Below, piece by piece: positions 25,340 to 36,924 of a stretch of 64,000 nt of DNA. This stretch comes from Heterodontus francisci (Eukaryota): assembly GCF_036365525.1 (NCBI RefSeq), contig NC_090404.1:11498550-11562549 (forward strand). The letters run 5' to 3'. Made by a program: the position numbers and the translations under genes. Positions within the stretch are counted from its first letter, which is position 1. Every line of letters begins with the position of its first letter. The notes below the pieces were generated by a model, which saw only the letters and a program-made list of their open reading frames with translations, had not been told where the DNA came from and ran no database searches.

Positions 25340-25900
25340 TTTGAATGGCGGGGCTGTTACCCAGCATCTCCCACGAAGTTGAATGTGCCCTATGCACGCT
25401 GCAGGAGAACAGTGCGCAGGCGCTGTGCTGGACTGTATCTGGAGCATGCGCAGTGTCACTGATCCGAGCTGTGCGAGTGCTGGAGACGCTTTTGCAGCGG
25501 GTGAGAGTCGGCGGGGTGCAGGGGAGGCTTCAGAAACACCTGGTGTAGGCCGCAAGTCCCAAATAACCTCCAGGTAAATAAAATCAAAATACTGGCAATC
25601 TGAAATAAAAACAAGAAATGCTGGAAATACTCAGCAGGTCTGGCAGCATCTGTGGAGAAAAGTGAAATGGAGAACTGAACCCAGCCAGAGTAGAGGGAGG
25701 GAGAAAACTGACAGTGGAGGAAAGAGATGGTGCAGATGGGTTTGGATTTCAGCACAGGGAGGAGGGAGAGTATGTGGGGGAATGGGCATTTACAGCTTTA
25801 GGGGAACAAGAGGAAAGAATGTTCCATCGAAACTAGAATTGTCTGTTCTGAATTTGTATCTTGTACTGACAGTGATGAGTTTTGTAAACTCCTTTTTCAG
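25340..25900 (+). promoter_or_regulatory. Module Z copy 1: putative promoter, non-coding first exon and intron of ZNF B
   Basis: TGCGCAGGCGC and GCATGCGCAGT (NRF1-like), donor GCGG|GTGAGA at 25500/25501, acceptor 'cctttttcAG' at 25900; Penelope-terminus fragment at ~25576-25660. Confidence 0.6.
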
Positions 25901-26220
25901 GATATTGCAAGGGGAGGATTTGCGAACAGGAAACTCAAATCAAACATCACATCAAGATGTGACAGAATCACTTGATTCATCAGGGCCTGAATATCTTTGG
26001 CCTTTGAAGGAGAAAATTTGTCTGTGGGAAAAGCTGAGACACATCCGAGTTAAAGTGAGAGTGTTCCAGTCCACTGACTGTGGAAAGAGCTTTAACCAGT
26101 TACACAGACTGAAAAAAACATCAAACCATTCACAGCGGGGAGAAACTGTACACGTTTTGTGTGTGTGGCTGAGGCTTCAACTGATCAGCCAACCTGCAGA
26201 GACACAAAGGCACTTGCACC

Positions 26221-26895
26221 ACGGAGAAACTGTGGAAATGTGGGGAATGTGGGAAGGGATTCAGTTTCCCGTCCGAACTGGAAACTCATCAGCGCAATCA
26301 CACTGGGGAGAGGCCGTTCACCTGCTCCGTGTGTGAGAAGGGATTCACCAAATCATCCTATCTTGTGAGACACCAGCGCATTCACACTGAGGAGAGGCCG
26401 TTCACTTGCTCAGTTTGTGGCAAGGGATTTAATCAGTCGTCCACCCTGCTGATACACCAGCGAGTTCATACGAGAGAGAAGCCGTTCATCTGCTCCAGAT
26501 GTGGGAAGAGATTTAAGCAATCATCCCACCTTTTGACACACCACCGCGTTCATATCGAGGAGAGGCCATTCACCTGCTCCAAATGTGGGAAGGGATTTAA
26601 GCAATCGGCCCACCTTTTGATACATCATCGGGTTCACACCAGGGAGAGCCCATTCACCTGCTCAGTGTGTGGGAAGGGATTCACTCAGTCATCCAACCTG
26701 CTGAGACACCAGTGCATTCACACTGGGGAGAGGCCGTTCACCTGCTCTGTGTGTGGGAAGGGATTCAGTCAATCAACCCACCTGCTGAGACACCAGTGCA
26801 TTCACACTGGGGAGAGGCCGTTCACCTGCTCTGTGTGTGGGAAGGGATTCAGTCAATCAACCCACCTGCTGAGACACCAGCAAGTTCATAAGTGA
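26221..26895 (+). CDS. C2H2 ZNF array B, 8 fingers, open frame starting at ACG, no in-frame ATG
   Basis: [33 protein letters not shown]... HQQVHK-stop. Confidence 0.75.
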   Translation, partial: TEKLWKCGECGKGFSFPSELETHQRNHTGERPFTCSVCEKGFTKSSYLVRHQRIHTEERPFTCSVCGKGFNQSSTLLIHQRVHTREKPFICSRCGKRFKQSSHLLTHHRVHIEERPFTCSKCGKGFKQSAHLLIHHRVHTRESPFTCSVCGKGFTQSSNLLRHQCIHTGERPFTCSVCGKGFSQSTHLLRHQCIHTGERPFTCSVCGKGFSQSTHLLRHQQVHK

Positions 26896-27414
26896 CTGTA
26901 GGGGTTGAATTCTACTGTTATTGCTGCTGCTAATCACTTCCAGGACTGAACCTGTTCATTTTGACAGTTGGGGTTGTTTCTGCTGATGATAACCCCCTAT
27001 AACTGTGTTCAAGTTTAATATTGTGGATGTTTATCAAATAAATCTTGATTTCTTCAAGGGAGAGGAGACTAATTGATCAGCCAGGATTTCATTGAATGCT
27101 GCAGCAGGCTCGATGGGTTGAATGGCCTACTCCAGTTCCAATGTACTTTCTCCTCAGACTTCACCCACTCTCTAACTCTGGTGCTGGTTTCCTGTTGCAC
27201 TGCCTTCTCCCCAGTTCTCCAATAACTTTCCATTCATCAGCTGTGTGTGAGTCCAAGTTTATTCAGGACATTGGAACAGGAGTTCCCTTGATTAATTTAG
27301 CCCCTCGAGCCTGTTCTGCCATTCAATGAGGTCATGGCTGATCTGCAACCTAACTCCGTGTACCCAGATATTATTTTTATACCAGCTTCCCCCCTCTGTT
27401 GTAATGTGATTTTA

Positions 27415-28430
27415 AAAACAACTGTCATCTACATTGCACCTTTAAGGTAGGAAAGTGTCCCAAGGTGCATCTCAGAAGCTTAAACTAACAAGTCAGACAA
27501 AAATTGACACTGAGCTAAAGAAGGGTAGATCAGGAGAGCTGACTAAAAGCTTGGTCAGAGACGTAGGTTTTTAGGAGGGTCTTAAAGGAGGAGAGATGTG
27601 GACTGTCAGAGAGATATAGGGTGGGAATTCCAGAGCTTAGGTCCAATGACTGAAGGCACAGCCAATGGGACAGAGAGAGTGAGGGATGTGTAAGAGGCTA
27701 GAGTTGGAGGAATGCAGAGTTCTCTGAGGGTTGTACGCCTGGAGGAGGTTACAGATATCGGGAGGGGTGAGGCCTTGAAGGGATTTGAACCCGAGATGAG
27801 AATTTTAAACTGAAGGCATTGGTGGACCTGGAGCCATTGTAGGTCAGTGAGCACAGTAGTGATGGATGAGTGGGACTTTGGTTGGGATGAAAGGCAGCAG
27901 AGTTTGTATGAACTCAGGTTTAAGCAGGGTGGAGGTCAGTCAGAAGAGCATTAGAATAGACAAGCAGGCTGATAACACAGAAGCACTGGAGGGGTCAAGA
28001 GAAGTGGTGGTGAGGTCGAGATGGGTGTCTTCAGCGTAAAGGTCTGCAAAGGAAACCCGACCGAGGCCGAATGCCGGAAGTTCAACCCGTCAGGGTCGGG
28101 TTGGGTAGCGGGCCTTTACCCACGTACTGATGTAAAGGCCTGCTACCCAACCCAACCTCGCAGCGACCCAACGGGATCTGACGACACGTGTCGGGCTCCG
28201 GTATTCGGACTGGGGTCGGGTTTCCTTTGCATCAGCGTACATGTGGAACCTGATGTCATGTCTTTGGATGATGGCACCAAGGGGGCAGCAGATAGATGAG
28301 GGATAGAAGGGACCATCGATAGATCCTTGGGAAACTCCAAAGGTAACAGTGTGAGAAGAGAAGCCATTGCTCGAGATTCTTTGGCTTTGACTGGACAGGT
28401 CTGAGTGGAGCCGAGAGGTCAGTCCCATTC
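27415..28430 (-). mobile_element. L2 LINE fragment (RT piece and 3' end)
   Basis: GVSQGS..GP, FHMYA.DT, LTDLQWLQVHQCLQFKIL, GPKLWNS.P and an L2-type tail. Confidence 0.75.
28039..28231. mobile_element. MITE (hAT-like) inserted in L2
   Basis: 18-bp perfect inverted repeats TGCAAAGGAAACCCGACC / GGTCGGGTTTCCTTTGCA, internal hairpin, 8-bp duplication TCAGCGTA. Confidence 0.75.
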
Positions 28431-28434
28431 AGCT

Positions 28435-29220
28435 TGTAGTAAAAATCATATTTAATAATTAGCTTGTAGTCCAGTTATTTGTAATACTCCAGTAGTCGAT
28501 TACCCATATATTATATTCTTCTTAATTGTAATCAATGTCAGACACTGTTCCCATGTGACTGCATCTTCATCTGTGAAGATGTAGCTGAATTCTTATCTGA
28601 CAGGTGAAACATACCACACAGCTGAGGCCTACATGTAAAACTACAGTTTGTGGTTTAATCAGAGTTATTGCTGTGAAGGCAGTCAAGGTTGACTGGTCCA
28701 GTGTCTGGAGCTGTGTCCGGACACACTCCCTAACCATTAAAACTTATCGTCTACACTTGATGCATTAAAACAACTGTCAGGGTCTTCAGCCTTGAGTTCT
28801 GTGTTTTTAAATTAGTTCTTTTCATAAAGTATTCACTTGTTATTTGCACAGTAATGCCTTAAAAAGAAGCAAGAATTTCCTTTTGAATGATAGAACTGCC
28901 CTATGTATTACTTTGGTTCTGTAAGCTGAAGAATTAAGTTCTGTAATTAGTTTTGTAGTTATGTAGTCTTTTTCCTTTTGCTCTTGTTACTTATGAGCCT
29001 GTATTCATGGAGTGTATTCCGCTGTATCGGGAGGCAAGACCCACATTGAGCCAGTGAAGTCACTGCCTAACTTGTGATAAGTGTTACTTTTGTTACTTAA
29101 TAAATGTTTCCTGATATTACAACACCAGATTATCTCTTATCGCCTGCATTTTCTGAAAAGGGCAAATTAATAATTGGGTAAAGATTCACATAGCTGGAGT
29201 TAAGACCCAGAACTCTTACA
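28435..29220 (+). mobile_element. Probable solo LTR (~786 bp)
   Basis: TGTA...TACA termini, AT-rich, AATAAA ~29099; no TSD found. Confidence 0.5.
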
Positions 29221-29263
29221 GAAGGGATTTACTCAGTCATCCCGCAGAATCCAATCCCTGCTG

Positions 29264-29762
29264 TCACTTGTGAACTCGCTGGTGTTTCAGCAGATCGCCT
29301 GACTGAGTGAACCCCTTCCCACACAGCAGGTGAACGGCCTCTCCCCAGTGCGACTGCGTCGATGAGTTTCCAGTTTAGATGGGCTTTTGAATCTCTTCCC
29401 ACAGTCCCCACATTTCCACAGTTTCTCCATGATGTGGGTATCCTTGTGTCTCTCCAGGTTGGATGATCAATTCAAACCTCGTCCACACACACGACCTGTG
29501 TACCGTTTCTCCTGACTGTGAATGGTAACATGTTTTCTCAGGCAGTGTAACTGTTTAAAGCTCTTTCCACAGTCAGTGCACTGGAACACTCTCACTCAGG
29601 TGTGTGTGTGTCTCGGTGCTTTTCCAGTCACAGACAGAACAGACAAACATTTCTCCTACCACATTCCAAGGACAATGATATCCTGATCAATCGAGTGGCT
29701 GTCAGATCTCGATGTGATGTTTGGTGTGAGTTTGCTGTGTGTAAATCCTTCCCTTTTAAATC
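29264..29762 (-). pseudogene. ZNF pseudogene (leader + 2 fingers, frameshifted)
   Basis: Acceptor at 29763, ATG at 29430 [14 protein letters not shown]..., terminal HQRVHK-stop. Confidence 0.8.
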
Positions 29763-30060
29763 CTGTAAAAGGAGTTTAGAAAAGCCATCACCGTCAGTCC
29801 AGGAAAGAAAATGACAACATTCTCTCCTCCTGCTTCCTGACCACGTTTGCCGCGCAGGCTCCTTGTTCCACATTTCCTCCTATAACGATGACAGCCGTTA
29901 ACCCGGGCTTGTCACCAGGAGAACTCCTGCAGCTGCCTCCCTGCTCGATACAAACACGGGACTAGAAGGTTCTTATTCAGAGTTTGAGACCTACACCGGA
30001 TGTTTGTAAACTGGATAATATCCCGTTTTATATTTGGGCCTGGGACTACGCTCCGTGTGT
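29763..30060 (-). promoter_or_regulatory. Module Y copy 2
   Basis: Reverse complement matches 9490-9789 ('ggaagcaggaggagagaatgttgt', 'gggttaac', 'gaataagaa'). Confidence 0.6.
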
Positions 30061-30084
30061 GTGAAGTCTGCATTGCCCCAGGGT

Positions 30085-30725
30085 TTATTAACCTGTTCCC
30101 TCCAGCCTCCTCCTTCCTGTTCCATTACACTTCTCGCATTTTGCTCTCACCCCTTCCTCATCTCCCAGAAGCACAATAGGGTTCCCCTTGTCCTCACCTT
30201 CGACCCCACCAGCCTCCGCATTTAACATATCATTCTCCATCATTTTCCCCCACCTCCAGCGTGATACCACCACCAAACACTTCTTCCCCTCCCCTTTCAG
30301 TATTCTGGTGGGACCATTCCCTCTGCAACCCCCTCACATCCAACACCCCTTCCCCTGCAAGCACAGGAGACATAACACCTGCACTTTTAACTCCCCCCAC
30401 CCCACCCCCCTCTCACTGTCCAAGGCCACAAACACTCCCTCAAGGTCAAACAGGAATTTATTTTTACTTCTTTCAATTTAGTACACTGCATTCACTGCCC
30501 ACCACGTGGTTTCCGCTACACTGCTGAGACCAAAAACAGATCAAGATGACTCCATTCAGTTCGTAAGCACGTCCCTGAGCTTCTGCTCGCCTGTCACCTT
30601 AATTCTCTGTTGCACTCCCACTCTAACCTCGGCCTCTTACACAGTTCTAATGAAACTCAACAGAAGGTCAAGCAACATCTTTCAATTTGGCACGTCAGTC
30701 CTCCAGACTCAGTTCATCTATTTCA
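30085..30725 (+). mobile_element. Old Penelope A-type GIY-YIG fragment
   Basis: HNRVPLVLTFDPTSLRI, PCKHRRHNTC, decayed CIHC..C. Confidence 0.65.
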
Positions 30726-30778
30726 GATCATTTCTGTTACAATTCAGTGGGATGTAAACAGTAACCCCCAACACTTAC

Positions 30779-31400
30779 CAGCGCCTTCAGAATAGATGAT
30801 GGGAAACCCGCTGTGTGCACAGTGAGAATAAAATCGGTACCTGAAGATCCTCCCCTCCTAATCCCCTGTAAAAGGAGTTAACAAAATTCATCACTGTCAG
30901 TACAGGATAGAAATTCTGAACAGACAATTCTAGTTTCTATGGAACATTTTCTCCTCTCTTGTTCCTCCAAAGCTGTAAATCCCCGTCCCACACACTCTCC
31001 CTCCTCCCTGTGCTGAAATCCAAACCCATTGCACCATTTCTTTCCTCCATTGCCAGTTTTCTCCCTCCCTCTCCTCTGACTGGGTTCAGTTCTCCAGCCC
31101 CTGTGTGCAGAGTGAGAATCAAATCAATGAGTCAATGATTTTCTCTCCTGGTCACGGAGACCCTGAAGCCCCGCCCAGTCTGTGGCGTCACCAAGATGGC
31201 CGCGCATGCGCGCTGCTCCCCCCGCTCGGCCAAAATGGCGGCCGTTAATCTGGGCCTGTTCCCAGGAAAAAGCCCCGGAGCTGGAGGTTCTCATTCGGGG
31301 CTTGCGGCCTAGGCCAGGTGTTTCTGAAGCCTCCCCGCCCACCGGCTCCATTCCTCCCCTGCGAAAGCGACTCCAAATGTCCGTCAGGAATGCTGATTAA
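30779..31400 (-). promoter_or_regulatory. Module Z copy 2 with an 87-nt internal exon (30865-30779)
   Basis: CGCATGCGCG, AAGATGGCCG/AAAATGGCGG (YY1-like), acceptor 'ccttttacAG', donor CTG|GTAAGT. Confidence 0.6.
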
Positions 31401-31403
31401 ATA

Positions 31404-31539
31404 AAAGAAAAATAGTACAGGTACTGGAAATCTGAAATAACATTAAAAAAGTGCTGGAAATACTCAGCAGGTCTGGCAGCCTCTGTGGAGAGAGAAGCAG
31501 AGTTAACGTTTCAGGTCAGTGACCTTTCATCAGAACTTT
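31404..31539 (-). mobile_element. Non-autonomous Penelope-terminus mini-element with intact hammerhead core (31501-31537)
   Basis: 15-bp TSD AATGCTGATTAAATA; minus strand AGUU-CUGAUGA-AAGGUCACUGACCU-GAAA-CGUU-AACU. Confidence 0.8.
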
Positions 31540-31574
31540 AATGCTGATTAAATACCATTGAAAGCCTCAAAGGC

Positions 31575-32290
31575 AGGTTCAGAGATTTCGGCTGTCTTTG
31601 TAATTAGAAACGAATGGATACAAGTAAATCAACATTAAAATATAGTTGTATAATAATTCGCCCGAGAACTGCAAATAAGTTCCACCCGAGATTGCAAAAA
31701 GATAAATGCTTTCTTTACAAAATAAGCAATATTGTGAAATGTCCTTTTCGGGAGTGACGTCCATTTTTCTCTGGGGCTGCGATGCTTCATTTCGCCTGGT
31801 TTAATCGCGTTCGTGCAGATTTGCCCCGAACAAAGATGGCGACGATGGGGGCGGGGTTTGAAATTTCCCCCGGGCAGAGCAGTTGCGCGTGCGCGAGTGG
31901 CAGTTGTCGGAGGCGCGCGGAGGATTTTTTTTTAGCCTCGGGAAGTTTGAACGGGAAACGGTTAACGGTCGCCGGTGTTGCCATGGCTTCGGCTTCGGGG
32001 GCGGGGCTTGGTGACGGTGCGCGGCCGCACAGGTGGGCCATCGAGTTGAGCAGCAGCAGGTGAGCGGCCAGGAGCAAGGTCGCAGAGAGAGCCTGGGGCT
32101 CGAGTGGGAGGCGGCAGCCGGCAGGCCTCTCTCCTGGGGAGGACACCACTCTGACTGGGGCCACCCAAAACACTGAAACACGGTGATTTTAATGTCACAG
32201 CCTTTGAGGGCAATGGGTGTGAGAAAACCTGGTTGATAATTACTGAGCTTGGATGGGTTTTGGTGTCTCCAGTGGGTGGGCTTCAGATTT
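31575..32290 (+). promoter_or_regulatory. CpG-island module X copy 2 with micro-exon (ATG 31983, donor after 32059)
   Basis: MASASGAGLGDGARPHRWAIELSSS-AG|GTGAGC; TTTGAA, CGGGAAA, AACGGTTAACGG, YY1- and NRF1-like motifs. Confidence 0.65.
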
Positions 32291-32329
32291 TCCACCAGTC
32301 CCTTTGAGGAAAGGACTGGCTGCAAGTTT

Positions 32330-34535
32330 TTACTAATTCATTCTTGGGATGTGGGCATCGCTGGTAAAGCTGGTATTTATTACCCTGTCCCTAGTCGCCG
32401 CTTGAGAAGGTGCTGGTGGTGGGCGGCTGCCTCATTCCGCTGCAGTCCATTTGGGGTAGGTACACCGACAGTGACGTTAGGAAGGGAGTTCCAGGATTTT
32501 AGTTTAGAGATACAGCACTGAAACAGGCCATTCGGCCCACCGAGTCTGTGCCGACCATCAACCACCCATTTATACTAATCCTACACTAATTCCCTATTCC
32601 TACCACATCCCCACCTGTCCCGATATTTCCCTACCACCTACCTATACTAGGGGTAATTGCTAATGGCAAATTTACCTATCAGCCTGCAAGTCTTTGGCAT
32701 GTGGGAGGAAACCGGAGCACCCGGAGGAAACCCACACAGACACAGGGAGAACTTGCAAACTCCACACAGGCAGTACCCAGAATTGAACCCGGGTCGCTGG
32801 AGCTGTGAGGCTGCGGTGCTAACCACTGCGCCACTGTTTTGACCTGGGGTACACACTGCTGCCACTGTGTATCGGTGGTGGAGGGAGTAAATGTTTGTGG
32901 ATGGGGTGTCAATCAAGCGGGCTGCTTTGTCCTGGATGGTGTCAAGCTTCTTGAATGTTGTTGGAGCTGCACCCATCCAGGCAAGTGGAAAGTATTCCAT
33001 CACACTCCTGACATGTGCCTTGTAGATGGTGGACAGGCTTTGGGGAGTCAGGAGCTGAGATACTTGCCGCAGGATTCCTAGCCTCTGACCTGCTGTTGTA
33101 GCCAGGGTATTTATATGGCTACTCCAGTTCAGTTTCTGGTCAATGGTAACCCCCAGAATGTTGATCATGGGGGATTCAGTGATGGTAGTGCCATTGAATG
33201 TCAAGGGGAGATGGTTAGCTTCTCTCTTGTTGGAGATGGTCATTGCCCGGCACTTGTGTGGCGTGAATGTTACTTGCCAATTATCAGCCCAAGCCTGGAT
33301 ATTGCTCCATTTTTCTATGGACTGCTTCAGGATCTGAGGAGTTGAGAATGCGAACATACAGTTTAGGAGCAGGAGAAGGCCCTTCGAGCCTGCTCCGCCG
33401 TTCACTAATTTCATGGCTGAACTGATTACTCAACATTTCCACCTACCCCCGATAACATTTTACCCGCTTGCTGATCAAGAATCTCTGCCTTAAAAATATT
33501 CAAAGATCTGCTTCCACCCCCTTTTAAGGAAGAGAATTCCAAAGACTCACGAATGGTGCTGAATATTGTGCAATCATCAGCGAACATCCCCATTTCTGAC
33601 CTATTGATTGAAGGAAGGTCATTGATGAAGCAGCTGAAGATAGTTGGGCCTAGGACATTACCCTGAGGAACTCCTGCAGTGATGTCCTGGGACTGAGATG
33701 ATTGACCTGCAACAACCACAACCATCTTCCTTTGCTCTCGATGTGACTCCACCAGCAGAATGTTTTCTCCCTGATTCCCATTGACTCCAGTTTTGCTAGG
33801 GCTCCTTGATGCTATACTCTGGCAAACACTGCCTTGATGTCAAAGGCAGTCACTCTCACCTCACCTCTGGAATTCAGCTCTTTTGTCCATGTTTGAACCA
33901 AGGCTGTAATGAGGTCAGGAGCTGAGTGGCCCTGGCAGAACCCGAACTGAGCAGATTATTGCTAAGCAAGTGCCACTTGATTGCACTGTTGACAACACCT
34001 TCCATCACTTTATTGATGATTGAGTAGACGAATGGGGCGGTAATTGGCTGGGTTGTCTTGCTTTTTGTGCACAGGACATACCCGGGCAACTTTCCACATT
34101 GCCGGGTAGATGCCAGTGTTGTAGCTGTTCTGTAACAGCTTGGCTAGGGACGCGGCAAGTTCTGGAGCACAGGTCTTCAGTCCTATTGCCGGAATGTTGT
34201 CAGGGCTCCTAGCCTTTGCAGAATCCAGTGTCTTCAGTCTTTTCTTGATATCATGTGGAGTGAGTTGGATTGGCTGAAGACTGGCATCTGTTATGCTGGG
34301 GATTGGATGTGGCAGGACTGTAGGGCTTATATCTCATCTGTGTGTTATGGGATCACTCCGCTCTGTCTATCGCATGCAGGTAGTCCTGGATTGTAGCTTC
34401 ACCAGGTTGACACCTCCTTTTTGAGGTATGCCTGTTGCTACTCCTGGCATGCCCTCCTTCACTCTTCTTTGAACCAGGGTTGATCCCCAAGCTTGATGGT
34501 AAGGGTGGAGTGGGGGATGTGCCTGGCCGTGAGGT
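32330..34535 (-). mobile_element. LINE family B, disrupted, with nested SINE and CR1 3' UTR (33345-33550)
   Basis: GVPQGNVLGP, MFADD, NIQAWADNWQVTF, SWNSLPN. Confidence 0.85.
32500..32836 (-). mobile_element. tRNA-derived V-SINE (HE1-like)
   Basis: A box, B box GGGTTCAATTC, V-domain, tail 'cctgtttcagtgctgtatctctaa'. Confidence 0.85.
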
Positions 34536-34789
34536 TCCCTGTTTTATTTGAGTCAGCCTTACCTTGCAGGTTCAGTCCACAGGCTGCACCTGTAAATGCA
34601 CTGTCACTGTCCATCACCGATTGCAAATTCCATCTGAAATGAACTTATCCAATAATATCCTGAGCCTTAATTTTATCAACAAGCCTCCTGTCCAACACCT
34701 TTTGACAATCCATCTACACAACATCCACTGCATTTCCTTTCTCGCTACACTGTGTTATTCTCTCATGTTTTTAGCTGAATTTGCATAGG

Positions 34790-35531
34790 TGATGGATAGA
34801 GACAGTGTATTTACTGCTGGAGCCCAGTGCACAAGCGCAATGCTGGACCGTATCTGGAGCTTGTGCAGTGTCACTGTGATCAGAGCTGTGCGAGTGCTGG
34901 AGGCACTTTTGCAGTGGGTGAGAGTCGGCGGGGCGCAGGGGGAAGAATGGAGCCAGTGGGGAGGCTTCACTGACCTGAAATGTTAACTTTGCTTCTGTCT
35001 CCACAGATGCTGCTGGACCTGAGTATTTTCCAGCACTTTTTGTTTTTATTTCAGATTTCCAGCATCTGCAGTATTTTGCTGTTATTTTAACAGCCGCCAT
35101 CTTGGTTGAGCAGGGAGAAGAGCACATGCGCGGCCACCTTGGTGACGACAGAGTGGGCGGGGCTTCAGGGTCCCAGTGACCAGGAGAGAAAATCATTGAC
35201 TCCTTGGTTTGATTCTCACTCTGCACATTGGCTGGGTTCAATTCTCCAGCCCCTGAGTAGAGGGAGGGAGAAAACTGGCAGTGGAGGAAAGAAATGGTGC
35301 CATGCGTTTGGATTTCAACACAGGGAGGAGGCAGGTGGGATGGGGATTTACAGAAACAAGAGGAAGAAATGTTCCATGGAAGCTAGAATTGTCTGTTCTG
35401 AATTTCTCTCCTGTACTTGTAGTGATGACTTTTGTAAACTCCTTTTACAGGTATTAGAAGGGGAGGATTTGCAGACAATTTTATTCTCACTCTGCACACG
35501 GGGTTTCCCAACAACTCTCCTGCAGGTGCTG
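34790..35531 (+). promoter_or_regulatory. Module Z copy 3 with an 81-nt internal exon (35451-35531)
   Basis: Homologous to 25340-25900 and to the reverse complement of 30779-31400; acceptor at 35450, donor CTG|GTAAGT; Penelope-terminus insert ~34968-35088. Confidence 0.6.
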
Positions 35532-35589
35532 GTAAGTACCGGGGTCCCTGTTCACATCCTACTGAACTGTAAGAGAAATTGTGTGAAAC

Positions 35590-36250
35590 TGATGAATTCA
35601 GTGTTAAGTCCAGAAGACTGAAGTACCAAATTGAAAGATGAACTGTTCTTCGAGCTTGTGTTGAGCTTCATTACAACAGTGTAGGAGGCTGAGGGCAGAG
35701 TGGGAGTTGGACAGAGCATAAAGATGACCAGAAGCTCAGGGTCATGCTTGTGAACTGAATGGAGGTGTTCCACAAAGCAGTCTGCCAATCTGCATTTGGT
35801 CTCCTCACTGTAGAAGAGACTGCATTGTGAACAGTGAATACAGTATGCTAAATTGAAAGATGTACAAGAAAATTGCTGTTTCACCTTGAGGGAGTGTTTG
35901 GGGCCTTGGACAGTGAGAGGGAGGAGGTAAAAGGGCAGGTGTTACATCTCCTATGCTTGCCTGGGAAGGGGAGGGGGTGTTGGATGTGATAGAGATTTGG
36001 ACCAGGGTGTTGTGGAGGGAACAGTCCAACCAGAATGCTGAAAGGGGAGAGGAAGATGTGTTTGGTGGTGGCATCACACTGGAGGTGGGGAAATGATGAA
36101 GGATGATATGTTGAATGTGGAGGCTGGTGGGATGGAAGGCGAGAACAAGGGGAATCCTATCGTATGTTTGCGACGTGGGGAAGGGGTGAGCACAAAAGTG
36201 CAGGAAATGGAATGGAACAGGAGGGTGGAGGAAGCGGGTGAATAAACCCT
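35590..36250 (-). mobile_element. Old Penelope A-type GIY-YIG fragment
   Basis: DRIPLVLAFHPTSLHI; FNLAYCIHCSQCSLFYSEETKCRLADCFVEH. Confidence 0.75.
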
Positions 36251-36259
36251 GAGGGATGT

Positions 36260-36822
36260 GGGCTTGCCACACTCCATGTGCAGCCCCAGGTCCCCATATA
36301 AAACAGGGAACATTGTCCGATTACAAATACCCAGTGTCGGCCTCAACACCCCGAATAAGAAGCTACCGGTTGTGTGTTTGCACCAAACAGGGGAGCAGCT
36401 GTGGATTTTCTCCCCATCACAGGCCCGGGCTAACAGCCACCATCTTTACAGGGGGGCAATGTGCAGCAACGCGCATGCACAGCCATCCTGGGCCAAGAGC
36501 AGGAGGAGAGAATGTTGTGAATTTCTATAATAAAACCAAAAAGTGCTGGAAATACTCAGCAAGTCTGGCAGCATCTGTGGAGAGAGTAGCAAAGTTAACG
36601 TTTCAGGTCAGTGACCTTTCATTAGAATGTTCTGATGAAAGGTCACTGACCTGAAACGTTAACTTTACTTCTCTCTCCACAGATGCTACCAGACCTGCTG
36701 AGTATTTCCAGCACTTTTTGGTTATATTTCAGATTTCCAGCATCTGCAGTATTTTGCTTTTATATTATTGTGAATTTCTATCCTGGACTGACAGTGATGG
36801 CTTTTGTAAACTTCTTTCACAG
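36260..36822 (+). promoter_or_regulatory. Module Y copy 3, interrupted by a fold-back element
   Basis: Homology to 9490-9789; acceptor 'ctttcacAG' at 36822. Confidence 0.6.
36528..36767. mobile_element. Fold-back Penelope-terminus mini-element with back-to-back hammerhead motifs
   Basis: ~100-bp inverted arms centred ~36627; 13-bp TSD TTGTGAATTTCTA; plus-strand core CUGAUGA...GAAA at 36629-36663. Confidence 0.85.
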
Positions 36823-36924
36823 GGCCTCAGAAGGGGAGGAGTTACACACAGGAATTTGAAACCTAGAGGTATGTTTGTATCTTCTGAATTTCCATCTTGG
36901 ACTCGAAGTGATGACTTTTGTAAA

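Noticed and set aside
25662-26336. 224-aa ORF as an N-terminal KRAB/SCAN/BTB effector of ZNF B
   Set aside because: It runs through intron sequence, shifts out of the finger frame at an A-run and shows no KRAB, SCAN or BTB motif.
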